A stretch of DNA of 64,000 nt from contig JBDGRE010000005.1 in assembly GCA_042218325.1 (NCBI GenBank), positions 9,055 to 73,054 on the forward strand. The letters are read 5' to 3'. The DNA is from Candidatus Nanohaloarchaea archaeon. GTDB taxonomy: Archaea; Nanohalarchaeota; Nanosalinia; Nanosalinales; Nanosalinaceae. How positions within the stretch are numbered: the first letter of the stretch is position 1; each line of letters begins with the position of its first letter. Of this stretch, positions 44,952 to 53,903 are shown in pieces. The translations under genes and the position numbers were made by a program. A model generated the notes under the pieces. That model worked only from the letters and a program-made list of their open reading frames with translations. It was not told the origin of the DNA and did no database searches.

Positions 44952-45187
44952 CTATGTCCCCCATGTTGTCGAATCTGCTGTTCCAGCCGTCCAAAAGGGT
45001 TGAAATCCTCGGTGGCGAACTCAACATCTCCCTCCGAGTCCAGCAGCATCTCCTCTATATCCAGTTCCTGGCCGGAGCCGTGGAAGACCGGTTCCGACAG
45101 CCACACCTTCTTGAGATTGCGGACAAGGTTCTCAAGGCTGTCCCTCCACGAGGCCGATCTACCCCGGTTTGCAGCGTTCTTTTTCAT
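44948..45187 (-). CDS. Hypothetical small protein
   Basis: 79 aa with a basic N-terminus and acidic C-terminus. First gene of a two-gene overlapping pair. Confidence 0.4.
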   Translation of the reverse strand: MKKNAANRGRSASWRDSLENLVRNLKKVWLSEPVFHGSGQELDIEEMLLDSEGDVEFATEDFNPFGRLEQQIRQHGGHR

Positions 45188-45253
45188 TGTTTGTTATCAA
45201 AACATCACAACTTTAAGTTTAACGAGGGTTCCTGCTCAGGCCGGAGAAAATGA

Positions 45254-45466
45254 TGGGGTGGGAGGGATTTGAACCCGCAACCTTCCGCTGTCTCCGAAAC
45301 TTTCGCCCGAAGTTTCATCACGCGGGGAGCATTCAGCTTGCCTGAATGCATATCAGGATTAATCATCGGGCCTCTCGGCCCTCATCCCTCCAAAGCGGGC
45401 ACGCATCCTAGCGGGACGCAACCAGTCGCTGGAGGCGGACGCTCTCCCAAGTTGAGCTACCACCCC
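45254..45466 (-). tRNA. tRNA-Trp (anticodon CCA at 45432-45430) with a 139-nt intron (45428-45290)
   Basis: 5' exon GGGGTGG-TA-GCTC...GAGC-G-TCCGC-CTCCAG. 3' exon A-GCGGA-AGGTT-GCGGG-TTCAAAT-CCCTC-CCACCCC-A. There is one C-U mismatch in the T stem and no encoded CCA. Confidence 0.8.
45290..45428 (-). ncRNA. tRNA-Trp intron carrying box C/D-like motifs
   Basis: GTGATGA (45321-45315), CTGA (45356-45353 and 45336-45333) and the GGATGA...GATGA pair around the hairpin GGGCC-GAGA-GGCCC. A 12-nt antisense element to the anticodon arm lies at 45398-45387. Confidence 0.4.
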
Positions 45467-45512
45467 TTACAGCCTCAAAACCTGTGCGAGACTTTAAATG
45501 AGTAAGCGCTCG

Positions 45513-45797
45513 CTACAGCATCGACAGTCTTGCCGCGGTGTAGGCCGCGAACAGGACAACCATCAGCAGCGATGTGACCGATATCAGGTCGAGAAACCGT
45601 GTCCAGTCGTCGTCAAGCTCCTCGCCGAGCCCTGCCGCTACGAAGGCTATAGATGCGAGTACTGCCTGGCCCAGCAGCGTTCCCGAGAACGCGGGCGAGA
45701 CCGCGAGAGATATACCGGCCATGAACGTTAGGCCGTAGAACAGCGGTTTCGAGACATCCATCAGTCTCTGCTGGCTAAGCCTGAGTTCCATATCCAT
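45513..45797 (-). CDS. Small membrane protein
   Basis: Start at MDMELRL, then three hydrophobic helices. The longer track ORF overlaps the divergent gene. Confidence 0.4.
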   Translation of the reverse strand: MDMELRLSQQRLMDVSKPLFYGLTFMAGISLAVSPAFSGTLLGQAVLASIAFVAAGLGEELDDDWTRFLDLISVTSLLMVVLFAAYTAARLSML

Positions 45798-46839
45798 GAC
45801 TGTGAATTGCGGCTGCCGGTTTTTAAACGGTCCGGTGGGAACCGCCCGGTTTGTAACTCTTGGCAGCGCTATAGTGTGTGTGATAAGGGAGAAAGACGGC
45901 ATCCATATCGACGCCCGGCAGAAGGTGGTCGCAGACAGCCGGAAGGCCACGGGCGACGTGAACTTCGTGAGCCACGCACATTTCGACCACCTGCACCAGG
46001 GCGGTAACAGGGTCCTCTGCTCACCGGAAACCGCTGAGCTTGTCGAGGCCCGGACAGGAGACGAAGTGGAGAGCAGTCATTCTCACAGGGATATCGAGCT
46101 CCTGCCCTCCGGCCACATCCTAGGTTCCCGGGCCGCCTTGATCAGGGGAGAGAAAGATGTCCTGTACACAGGGGATGTCTCGCTGCGCGACCGCTTTTAC
46201 CTCGACGGTTTCGAGCCGGTAGAGGCCGACGTACTCGTGGTCGAGTCGACCTACGGCATACCGGCCTACAGCTTCCCCCTGCAGGAAGAGGTGGAAAGAA
46301 GTTTCACGGAGTGGCTAGAAAGTGTGGATAGGCCGGTGTTGCTGTTCGGCTACTCTCTCGGCAAGGCACAGAAGATACAGAAACTGGTCGAGAAGGCCAC
46401 AGAAAGGCCTTTGCTGGCGCATGGAGCGGTCAAGAACATGAACGACGCTGTCGAGGAGGCATCCGGTATAGGTTTCGAAGCGGAGCCGTACAGCGGGAAC
46501 CGGGAGAAGCTCGAAGACGGTGTACTCGTCGCGCCTTCCCGGCTGTCGAACAGCGACTGGGCGGATGAACTCGTGAAGGAGTTCGACGCCGTGAAAGCCG
46601 GTTTCTCGGGATGGGCCGTGCAGGATTCTTTCCGGTACCGCGGAGATTACGACCGGACGTTCCCGCTGAGCGACCACTGCGGCTTCGAGGACCTCGTGAA
46701 ACTGGTGGAGGAAGTTGATCCGGACAAGGTCTACACTCACCACGGGTTCGACGAGGCGTTCGCGTCCTACCTGAGCCGGGAGAAAGGCATAAGCGCGCAG
46801 CCATTGAAGAGGAACCAGTCGACGCTCGCTGACTTTTAA
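45796..46839 (+). CDS. MBL-fold beta-CASP-type nuclease
   Basis: FVSHAHFDHL (HxHxDH), GHILGS, YTGDVS, VVESTYG and the distal SDHCGF...YTHHG motifs. 347 aa; start uncertain. Confidence 0.6.
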   Translation: MTVNCGCRFLNGPVGTARFVTLGSAIVCVIREKDGIHIDARQKVVADSRKATGDVNFVSHAHFDHLHQGGNRVLCSPETAELVEARTGDEVESSHSHRDIELLPSGHILGSRAALIRGEKDVLYTGDVSLRDRFYLDGFEPVEADVLVVESTYGIPAYSFPLQEEVERSFTEWLESVDRPVLLFGYSLGKAQKIQKLVEKATERPLLAHGAVKNMNDAVEEASGIGFEAEPYSGNREKLEDGVLVAPSRLSNSDWADELVKEFDAVKAGFSGWAVQDSFRYRGDYDRTFPLSDHCGFEDLVKLVEEVDPDKVYTHHGFDEAFASYLSREKGISAQPLKRNQSTLADF

Positions 46840-46864
46840 GACCCTGCAGCCGCAACCTACAGCT

Positions 46865-47200
46865 ATGTCAGAGCTATCGGAGAAGAGATGTGAGCCGTGC
46901 CAGGGTGGCGTCGAACCGCTTGAAGGCGATAAAATAAATCCGTACCTCGAACAGCTTGACAGCGACTGGGAGGTCGTCGACGAACACCACCTGAGACGGG
47001 AGTTCGACTTCGAGGACTTCAAGGAGGCGCTTGACTTCGTCAAAAAAGTAGGAGAAATCGCGGAGGAAGAGGGCCACCATCCCGACATCGAGTTCACCTG
47101 GGGCGAGGCCACGGTCAAGATATACACCCACAAAATCGACGGGCTGCACGAGAACGACTTCATACTGGCCAGCAAGATAGACGAGATAATCAGCGGGTGA
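46865..47200 (+). CDS. Pterin-4-alpha-carbinolamine dehydratase
   Basis: EEGHHPDIEFTWGEATVKIYTHKIDGLHENDF signature. Confidence 0.8.
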   Translation: MSELSEKRCEPCQGGVEPLEGDKINPYLEQLDSDWEVVDEHHLRREFDFEDFKEALDFVKKVGEIAEEEGHHPDIEFTWGEATVKIYTHKIDGLHENDFILASKIDEIISG

Positions 47201-47624
47201 AGAACAGCCTGTCAAGCGTGGCCTCGACAAACTTCTGGCTCCTGTCGTCGAACAGCGGGGCCACGTCTTCTATGCACTGCCGTCCTGTTGAGGTCAGCTG
47301 TGCGCCGAACTCCTTCCGCGAGGTCCTGATGACGTCTACTTCTTTCTCCAGCGCCCCGGATATCTCGCGGTTCTGCTTTTTGCCGTGGTCGTCGAAATCC
47401 GTGAGCACCGCCACTCTTTCCGCGCCCCGGGAAACATCTTCGACAAGGTCATCGAGTTTGCGCTCCGCGGACAGGAATATCCTGCCCGTGAACCCTAGCT
47501 GCTGCATCACTTCGCGGTCCGCGACCCCCTCCACGACTACAGAGTCGACATCCCGGTCTATCTTTTCCACGAGCCGCTCGAGGTTCTTCCTCTCCTCGAA
47601 CCGCTTCTTCTCCATCGGTAACAT
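47190..47624 (-). CDS. Small Toprim-domain protein
   Basis: VVVEGVADREV (Toprim Glu) and LTDFDDHGKK (DxD). 144 aa. Confidence 0.6.
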   Translation of the reverse strand: MLPMEKKRFEERKNLERLVEKIDRDVDSVVVEGVADREVMQQLGFTGRIFLSAERKLDDLVEDVSRGAERVAVLTDFDDHGKKQNREISGALEKEVDVIRTSRKEFGAQLTSTGRQCIEDVAPLFDDRSQKFVEATLDRLFFTR

Positions 47625-47660
47625 GGGCTTCCCTGAAGTTTTACGGCCCAGTCTTAAATA

Positions 47661-48893
47661 TCATTTCTGGACAGCGCTCGCCTTCTTCCCGAGCACCGGG
47701 TTGACAGAGGACTGGTAGATGCTGCGGACCATATCCCGGAAAGAGTCAAGCGGCTCCTGTCCCTCGCTGTGCTTCACCTCGAGATCCCCGGTCACCTCTA
47801 TGTTCTCGCGGAACCGGTTACCCCTTATCTCGCCGAATCTGCGGGCGTTCAGGAACTGGTCGCTGAGGCTTGAGGCCGCCTCTTCTGGTAGCACCGCCTC
47901 TATACTGTGGTTGACGTCGTCGGTCGACCTGACCCGGGCCCTGAAATCCACAGCGTTGCTCCTCACCTCGATGAAGTCGTCGCCGTACTCCTTTTCGACA
48001 GGTATCTTCGGCGTGAACATCGACAGCACCTCTCCCGGTGACACGATGCCCGCGGTCTTCTTGACCTCTCGTTCGACATCTCCCGGCTGTACGAGGTACC
48101 CGTTTTGCCTCGGCTCGAAGGTGTTGATGGCCGCGTAGTACACGTCCTCCTTCTCGCCGATACGTTCACGGACCTCTTTGACCTTCTGCTCGACGTTCTC
48201 CACGGCCTCTCTTGAGTAAGGTATGTCGAACAGGAACTCCTGCTGTCTCTCCCGGTGCCTCGCCACCGCGTCCACCGGGATGTTGTGGTCGTACGACTCG
48301 ATGGGGGGCCGCTCCAGCTCTAGGCCGACGAAGTCCTCCTCTATGTCCTCGAGCGTCTCGATCCCCTGCTGCAACCTTGACTCGAAAGGCTTGATGCTGC
48401 TGAATAGCAGCCGGGCCTGGCTCTGCGACAGCTGCTTCCGCTCCACCATCTTGGCGACATCCCTCACCACCCGGTCAGTATCAGTGTAGACGAGCTCACG
48501 CTGCAGGAACTGGTGGAAACACGAGAAAGGTACCTGCTCGTAGCCGTCCACAGGGTCGCTGCCCTGCGTGACGAATATACCCCTGACCTCGTGCTCCGCG
48601 AGCTCCGACAGCTCGAGGCCCACATCTACCGGGTTGTTGCGGACCATATCCACGTATTTCTCCATCCGGGATATGTCGTCCCCGTCGATCTCCTGCTTGC
48701 CTTTCGCGTCGACTATCCATATCTCCTTCTTGTTCTCCCGGGTCAAACGGGCGAAGCAGTCCGGCCGGGAGTCGCTCAGGCTGCCGACGCGCTCGAAGAA
48801 ATCGAAGTAGCCCTCGTACTGCCGCAGGGCATCGAGCACGTCCCTCTGGAACACGCTCCAGTCGTCAGCCACCTTCAACCACCTCGTAGTCAT
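47661..48893 (-). CDS. Hypothetical protein with N-terminal PD-(D/E)xK nuclease-like motif
   Basis: SRPDCFARLTRENKKEIWIVDAKGK gives D...(D)xK spacing. 410 aa; the rest is unassigned. Overlaps the upstream gene by 29 nt. Confidence 0.4.
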   Translation of the reverse strand: MTTRWLKVADDWSVFQRDVLDALRQYEGYFDFFERVGSLSDSRPDCFARLTRENKKEIWIVDAKGKQEIDGDDISRMEKYVDMVRNNPVDVGLELSELAEHEVRGIFVTQGSDPVDGYEQVPFSCFHQFLQRELVYTDTDRVVRDVAKMVERKQLSQSQARLLFSSIKPFESRLQQGIETLEDIEEDFVGLELERPPIESYDHNIPVDAVARHRERQQEFLFDIPYSREAVENVEQKVKEVRERIGEKEDVYYAAINTFEPRQNGYLVQPGDVEREVKKTAGIVSPGEVLSMFTPKIPVEKEYGDDFIEVRSNAVDFRARVRSTDDVNHSIEAVLPEEAASSLSDQFLNARRFGEIRGNRFRENIEVTGDLEVKHSEGQEPLDSFRDMVRSIYQSSVNPVLGKKASAVQK

Positions 48894-49782
48894 CTACGCT
48901 GCCGTCACCGTCGAGGTCCAACCCCCTGACGACACGGTAGAACTCCCCGCTCCTGTACCCCTGGGCCAGTTCCTCGATATCCTTCAGGGCTCTTATGGCG
49001 CCCTGTGTGCCCCGGTTCCGGATTCCTGCGGCCATGTAGATCGCTTTTCCCGGTTCTTCCGGGTTCTCTGCCTTCTGTACGACGCCTATCGAGTCCTCTG
49101 TGTAGCTCTCGTGTGGCGTCTCCAGTTCGTGGTAGGGGAAGCTGTCGGTCGAGAAACTGGCGGGGAACGCATCGTTGAACTTCATAGTGACCGTGTTCGT
49201 GAGGACTCCGCCGACCATTAAGATGTCCTGGCCGAAGTTCCCGGATGACACGAGCTCGGTGTCTAGCTGGGTTACCAGTTCCGTTGTCTTCCCGTAGTTC
49301 CCCAGGGTCAGTCCCACCTCACCGGCGAGATGGCCGTCCTTCGCCCTCACCTGGTCGCGGCCATGCTCGTCAGGTGAACCGACGACTATGCATCCGGTTA
49401 CCCGCCCCTCCTCCACCATGGGCTCAAGGAACTTTCTCGCACCTTCACGCGCTGGCGGCACCATCGCCTTCCGGCCGCCCGAACCGAGATCGAGAAGGTA
49501 ACCGTCCGCTGACGGCCGGTAGAACGTGGCTACGCCACCTGACCTCTTCTCCTCGTGGTCCTCCTCTATGAGCCCCGCGTCCTCCAGCTTCCTGAAATGG
49601 TAGTAAGCCTGTTGCTTCCCGAGATCCATCCTTGACGCTATCTCTGCCGGGTAGGAAGGGCTGGAGGCAAGTATCTGTAACATCTCTCTTCGCGTATCAT
49701 CGGTCAGGGCCTTGATGACGGGCCTGTCCAGCTCGGCAGCTTCCACGATCTCTCCAGTGTCACGCCTCAGGAACTCGGGCAC
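48865..49782 (-). CDS. ArsR-type wHTH protein with large uncharacterised C-terminal domain
   Basis: IKALTDDTRREMLQILASSPSYPAEIASRMDLGKQQAYYHFRKLEDAGLI is an HTH motif. 305 aa. Confidence 0.5.
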   Translation of the reverse strand: MPEFLRRDTGEIVEAAELDRPVIKALTDDTRREMLQILASSPSYPAEIASRMDLGKQQAYYHFRKLEDAGLIEEDHEEKRSGGVATFYRPSADGYLLDLGSGGRKAMVPPAREGARKFLEPMVEEGRVTGCIVVGSPDEHGRDQVRAKDGHLAGEVGLTLGNYGKTTELVTQLDTELVSSGNFGQDILMVGGVLTNTVTMKFNDAFPASFSTDSFPYHELETPHESYTEDSIGVVQKAENPEEPGKAIYMAAGIRNRGTQGAIRALKDIEELAQGYRSGEFYRVVRGLDLDGDGSVDDYEVVEGG

Positions 49783-49939
49783 TAAAGCAGGCTTGAAACC
49801 GGTAATATAAATGTTTAACTGGTTCGATGGCTATTAAAATGGTTTGCGGCCGCTGCAGCACGAAAACCGCTGAACCGGTTAAAAATCGGTTCTACCGCCC
49901 TTTTTATAACGTGAGCGCTTCATATAGAGAGTGTAAAAG

Positions 49940-51667
49940 ATGTGCGGGATAGTAGGATACCACGGTGAGGAAGAGGCAGCGGACCACGTCTTCGAGGGCC
50001 TGAAGAAGCTTGAGTACCGGGGTTACGACTCCGCAGGGATAGCCACCGTCGGCAACCCGTCCATCAAGGTCGAGAAAGGGACCGGCACGGTCGACGAGGC
50101 GCTCTCCGAGACACCGGACGGCACAACAGGGATAGGCCACACGCGCTGGGCCACGCACGGCGGTATCAGCGAGACCAACGCCCACCCGCACGCAGACTGC
50201 GAGGGCAGGATAGCGATAGTTCACAACGGTGTTATCGACAACCACCGCGAGCTGCGAGAGGAGCTTTCAGGCCACCGTTTCCGCTCTGACACAGATACTG
50301 AAGTCATCCCGCACCTGCTTGAAGAGGCGCTCCAGCAGCACGGTTCAAAGAGAGAGGCGGTAGAACACGTCATGCAGCGTATAGAGGGTGCCTACGCCGT
50401 CGTGGCTGCGTTCGATACAGGTGAGATGGTTGCGTTCAGGCAGAACTCGCCGCTGGTACTCGGGATAGGTGAAGACGAGACCTTCGTAGCGTCAGACGTG
50501 ACGCCGTTCCTCGAGCACACCGATCGGGCGGTTTTCCTTGAAGAGGGCGACCTCGCAGTTATCGACGGGAACGGTCACAGAGTCTACCAGGAAGGTGAGG
50601 AAGTGGAACGGGAGGTGGAGGATATCGACTGGGACGCGCAGCAGGCAACGAAGGCCGGCCACGACCACTTCATGGAGAAAGAGATTAAGGAGCAGCCAAA
50701 GACCATCAAGCGCGCAGTCTTCCAGGACCGTTCTGAGCTTGAGCAGGCGAAAGAGATGATAGAAAAGGCCGATAACGTCTACATGACGGCCTGCGGCACC
50801 GCGGGCATAGCGGCATCGCTCGGCGCGAAGTACCTCCGGGACGCCGGTCTCCACCCCGAGGTAGAGCTTTCCCACGAGATGGAGTACCGCAAGGACGAGA
50901 TAGGAGAGGACGACCTTGTCATAGCGGTAAGCCAGAGCGGGGAAACAGCTGATCTTCTCTCCGTACTGCGCGACGTCGAGGCCGACGTTCTTGCGGTCGT
51001 CAATGTGGTCGGCTCGACCCTCGCGAGGAATGCCTCGCACACCCTCTTAGTGAATGCAGGCCCTGAACTCGGTGTCGCGTCGACGAAGGCGTTCACCGGA
51101 CAGGTGGCGGTGCTGAAGATGCTGAAGTACGCACTTGAGGATAGTATCGAGGTAGGCCGCGAATCACTGCTCCAGACCGCGGACAGGGCGAAACAGGTCA
51201 TGGAGGACAACGAGGAGACTGTGGAGAAGATAAGCGAGTACCTTGCGGAGAAGGAGGACGCTTACTTCATAGGCAGGAACCGCGGCCACGACCTGGCAAG
51301 AGAGGCGGCGCTGAAGCTCAAGGAGCTTTCCTACATACACGCCGAGGCGTTCCCTGGCGGCGAGTTCAAGCACGGGACCCTCGCACTGGTCGAAGACGGG
51401 ACCCCGGTGATAAGCTTCCTCAAGGACGACGGCTATGAGGACATACTTACCAACACGGCAGAGGCCCAGGGCCGCGGCGCAGATGTCATCTCGGTCGGGA
51501 CTGACGACCCCCTCGGCTCCGAGTTCTTTATCGAGGTGCCGGAGGACGAGAACCGGGAGCTGCTTGAGGTCATCCCGTTCCAGCTTATCGCCTACCTTAC
51601 CTCGGTGGAGAAAGGCAACAACCCGGACAAGCCTCGAAACCTGGCGAAGAGCATCACCGTCAAGTAA
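49940..51667 (+). CDS. glmS: Glutamine--fructose-6-phosphate aminotransferase (isomerising)
   Basis: MCGIVGY N-terminal Cys nucleophile, two SIS domains (VSQSGETADL) and the C-terminal NLAKSITVK. Confidence 0.9.
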   Translation: MCGIVGYHGEEEAADHVFEGLKKLEYRGYDSAGIATVGNPSIKVEKGTGTVDEALSETPDGTTGIGHTRWATHGGISETNAHPHADCEGRIAIVHNGVIDNHRELREELSGHRFRSDTDTEVIPHLLEEALQQHGSKREAVEHVMQRIEGAYAVVAAFDTGEMVAFRQNSPLVLGIGEDETFVASDVTPFLEHTDRAVFLEEGDLAVIDGNGHRVYQEGEEVEREVEDIDWDAQQATKAGHDHFMEKEIKEQPKTIKRAVFQDRSELEQAKEMIEKADNVYMTACGTAGIAASLGAKYLRDAGLHPEVELSHEMEYRKDEIGEDDLVIAVSQSGETADLLSVLRDVEADVLAVVNVVGSTLARNASHTLLVNAGPELGVASTKAFTGQVAVLKMLKYALEDSIEVGRESLLQTADRAKQVMEDNEETVEKISEYLAEKEDAYFIGRNRGHDLAREAALKLKELSYIHAEAFPGGEFKHGTLALVEDGTPVISFLKDDGYEDILTNTAEAQGRGADVISVGTDDPLGSEFFIEVPEDENRELLEVIPFQLIAYLTSVEKGNNPDKPRNLAKSITVK

Positions 51668-51698
51668 GCTTTAAACCGGGCGCCGTCAAATCGAGGAC

Positions 51699-52124
51699 AT
51701 GAGAAAGACTCTCTCCGCGGTCCTGCTTATTTCTATGCTGGCAGGGGCTTCAGCGCACCTGAGTCTTCAGGAGCAGCACCTGCAGGAGATGAAGAGCTCT
51801 TTCAACTCTCGGACCGACGACGCGCCGGCTATCGCGGGGGCGCTCGTCGGCAACCAGACTGTAGTGGCCCACATAAAGGGTAATTCCACGACTGTTAACC
51901 TGACCGCAGAGTTCTCCGGCCTCGAGCTGGAGGAACTAAGACGCGGAAGCACGGGCAACTCCACGGTCGAGGTATGGGTGTCCCGCGAGGCGCTGGTAAG
52001 GATAGGGGAGGCGGAGGAACCCCGGGCCGTGATAAGGAAAGCTCTCGGGAGTGGGGCAGTAAGGGTAGAGGTAAGCGGCTTCTTCAACCAGCTAAGGTTC
52101 TCGCTGCTTAAAGCCCTGCTTTAG
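51699..52124 (+). CDS. Secreted hypothetical protein
   Basis: Signal-like MRKTLSAVLLISMLAGASA. 141 aa. Confidence 0.45.
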   Translation: MRKTLSAVLLISMLAGASAHLSLQEQHLQEMKSSFNSRTDDAPAIAGALVGNQTVVAHIKGNSTTVNLTAEFSGLELEELRRGSTGNSTVEVWVSREALVRIGEAEEPRAVIRKALGSGAVRVEVSGFFNQLRFSLLKALL

Positions 52125-52819
52125 TCGAGAACGACCGGCTCTGCGACCGTCTTTTCCCTGACATCTTCCTCGAACCTTGAAGTATTTGCGGTGGTATGGT
52201 CGACGTAGCCGTAGTGTATGGGCACCACTTTATCCGGTTTCACCATGTTGATGGCGTCGATGGCCTCGTCCTGGTCCATGGTGTAGTGGCCGCCGACCGG
52301 CATGAAAGCCACGTCGATATCACCGGGAAGGTCTCCCATCTCGTCGACAGGATCCGTGTCGGATGCATGGTAGAATTTGAGCCCGTCGAGCTCGAATATC
52401 ACGCCGACGCAGAAACCTTCCGGGTGGAACGGCTCACCGGGGCTCCGGAACTTGTCGACGTTGTAGGCCGGCACGCCGCGGATCTTGAGGCCGCGAGCCT
52501 TCACACTCCTGTTCGGCCTGATAACCTTGTAGCTTACATCATCTGGCACCTCATCCTCCGATTCCTCGGTGCAGACGAGAACTGTATCATCTTTTTTCAG
52601 GGCCTGGATAGCCTTCACATCGAAGTGGTCGAAATGGTCGTGGGTAGATATTATGACATCGGCCTTCTCCATCTCACGGAGCTCTTCACCGCTCACCGGT
52701 TCGCTCCACGGGTCGACGTAAACAGTGAAGCCGTCGGAGTCCCGGAGTTTGATCGATGCGTGTTCCAGCCAGTCTACCCGGACAGAGTCAAAGGAAGTGG
52801 CGCCTCTCATACTTGCCAA
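52121..52819 (-). CDS. MBL-fold metal-dependent hydrolase (UPF0173-like)
   Basis: ISTHDHFDHFD (HxHxDH) and distal HASDTD, PIHYG motifs. Confidence 0.7.
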   Translation of the reverse strand: MASMRGATSFDSVRVDWLEHASIKLRDSDGFTVYVDPWSEPVSGEELREMEKADVIISTHDHFDHFDVKAIQALKKDDTVLVCTEESEDEVPDDVSYKVIRPNRSVKARGLKIRGVPAYNVDKFRSPGEPFHPEGFCVGVIFELDGLKFYHASDTDPVDEMGDLPGDIDVAFMPVGGHYTMDQDEAIDAINMVKPDKVVPIHYGYVDHTTANTSRFEEDVREKTVAEPVVLD

Positions 52820-52867
52820 AAGCCGGACAGAAACGATAAAATACTTTTGCTGGGCTTCGATACATAG

Positions 52868-53155
52868 ATGCCGGAAAAGGAAATCGCTGAGATACTGCTG
52901 AACGCAGACTCCCGTTTCCTCAGCATCCGCGAGATAAGGAAAGAGCTCTCATCGGATCCGACCCAGGACATGGTAGCCAGGGATGTAGAAAGGATAGCGC
53001 GGAAGGCGGGGACAGAATACAGGGAGTGGTTATGGAATAATGGGAAGTACGACCTGTCGGCTGTCCATGAGTATGAAGAGACAATCCGGAAAGGATACGG
53101 CCTCGAATATATTCCAGAACCAGTCCGCGAAGAGCTCGAAGACCTCGGCCTTTAG
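52868..53155 (+). CDS. Hypothetical protein
   Basis: 95-aa ORF between two convergent/divergent MBL paralogs. Confidence 0.4.
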   Translation: MPEKEIAEILLNADSRFLSIREIRKELSSDPTQDMVARDVERIARKAGTEYREWLWNNGKYDLSAVHEYEETIRKGYGLEYIPEPVREELEDLGL

Positions 53156-53814
53156 CTCTGGCGTTCCAGTACCACGCAGTCGATTTCTATGTCTTCAAGC
53201 GCTGACTCGAGCGGCCCGGTATCTGTGTCGGAGAAGAACGGAGGACCGTAATGGTAAGGCACAACGACCTTGGGCCTGAACCGCTTGGCCATCGCGGCCG
53301 CCTCCTCCGCATCCATCGTGAACTCTCCATCGATTGGCAGGAAGGCGACCTCGATGCGGTCCTCTATAAGCCTGATATCGTCTACTGGTCCTGTATCGCC
53401 GGCGACGTAGAAGCTGTTGCCGGCCATCACGAACCGGTATCCCAGTCCTTCACCCCTCTCATGGTGCTCGTTGTACATCGGAACCGATTCGATTTCCACG
53501 CCGTAGATATCTATCGTTTCGTCTTCTTCTATGAACTCTATATCCTTGCATGGTATCTCCCTGTCCTTCATCGACCCGGGTGCGACCACGACGGTTCTGT
53601 CGCCGCAGACCGTCTCCAGCTTCCCGGGGTCGAAATGGCCCTCATCGGCATGGGTCAGGAGCACCAGGTCGACGCTGGTGTCCGGCGATACCTCGGAGTA
53701 AGGGTCGACCGAGAGGGTGAATCCATGGTCTAGGAAACGGAGGGAGGCGTGACCGTCCCAGAGTATCTCTACGCCGTTGTATTCCATCGGGATGTAGAAC
53801 CGGCCGGAGACCAT
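53152..53814 (-). CDS. MBL-fold paralog with degenerate metal motif
   Basis: Collinear with the 52121-52819 product, but motif 2 reads LTHADEGHFD (HxHxDH lost). Confidence 0.6.
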   Translation of the reverse strand: MVSGRFYIPMEYNGVEILWDGHASLRFLDHGFTLSVDPYSEVSPDTSVDLVLLTHADEGHFDPGKLETVCGDRTVVVAPGSMKDREIPCKDIEFIEEDETIDIYGVEIESVPMYNEHHERGEGLGYRFVMAGNSFYVAGDTGPVDDIRLIEDRIEVAFLPIDGEFTMDAEEAAAMAKRFRPKVVVPYHYGPPFFSDTDTGPLESALEDIEIDCVVLERQS

Positions 53815-53903
53815 TTTTAAAACCGTTCCGACCCTGCACCTCTCTGTAATAAAAAATTACGCTTCAACTGTCCAAAACAGGTCCTGTCTTGCAGAGACCG
53901 CTC

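Noticed and set aside
49783-49939. glmS ribozyme or other riboswitch upstream of glmS, and B12 riboswitches upstream of nrdJ or the BtuF-like gene
   Set aside because: The glmS leader shows only short AACCGGT-type repeats and a TATA-like box, with no ribozyme core. The nrdJ spacer is 138 nt without the conserved B12-box, and the BtuF-like ORF has no leader at all.
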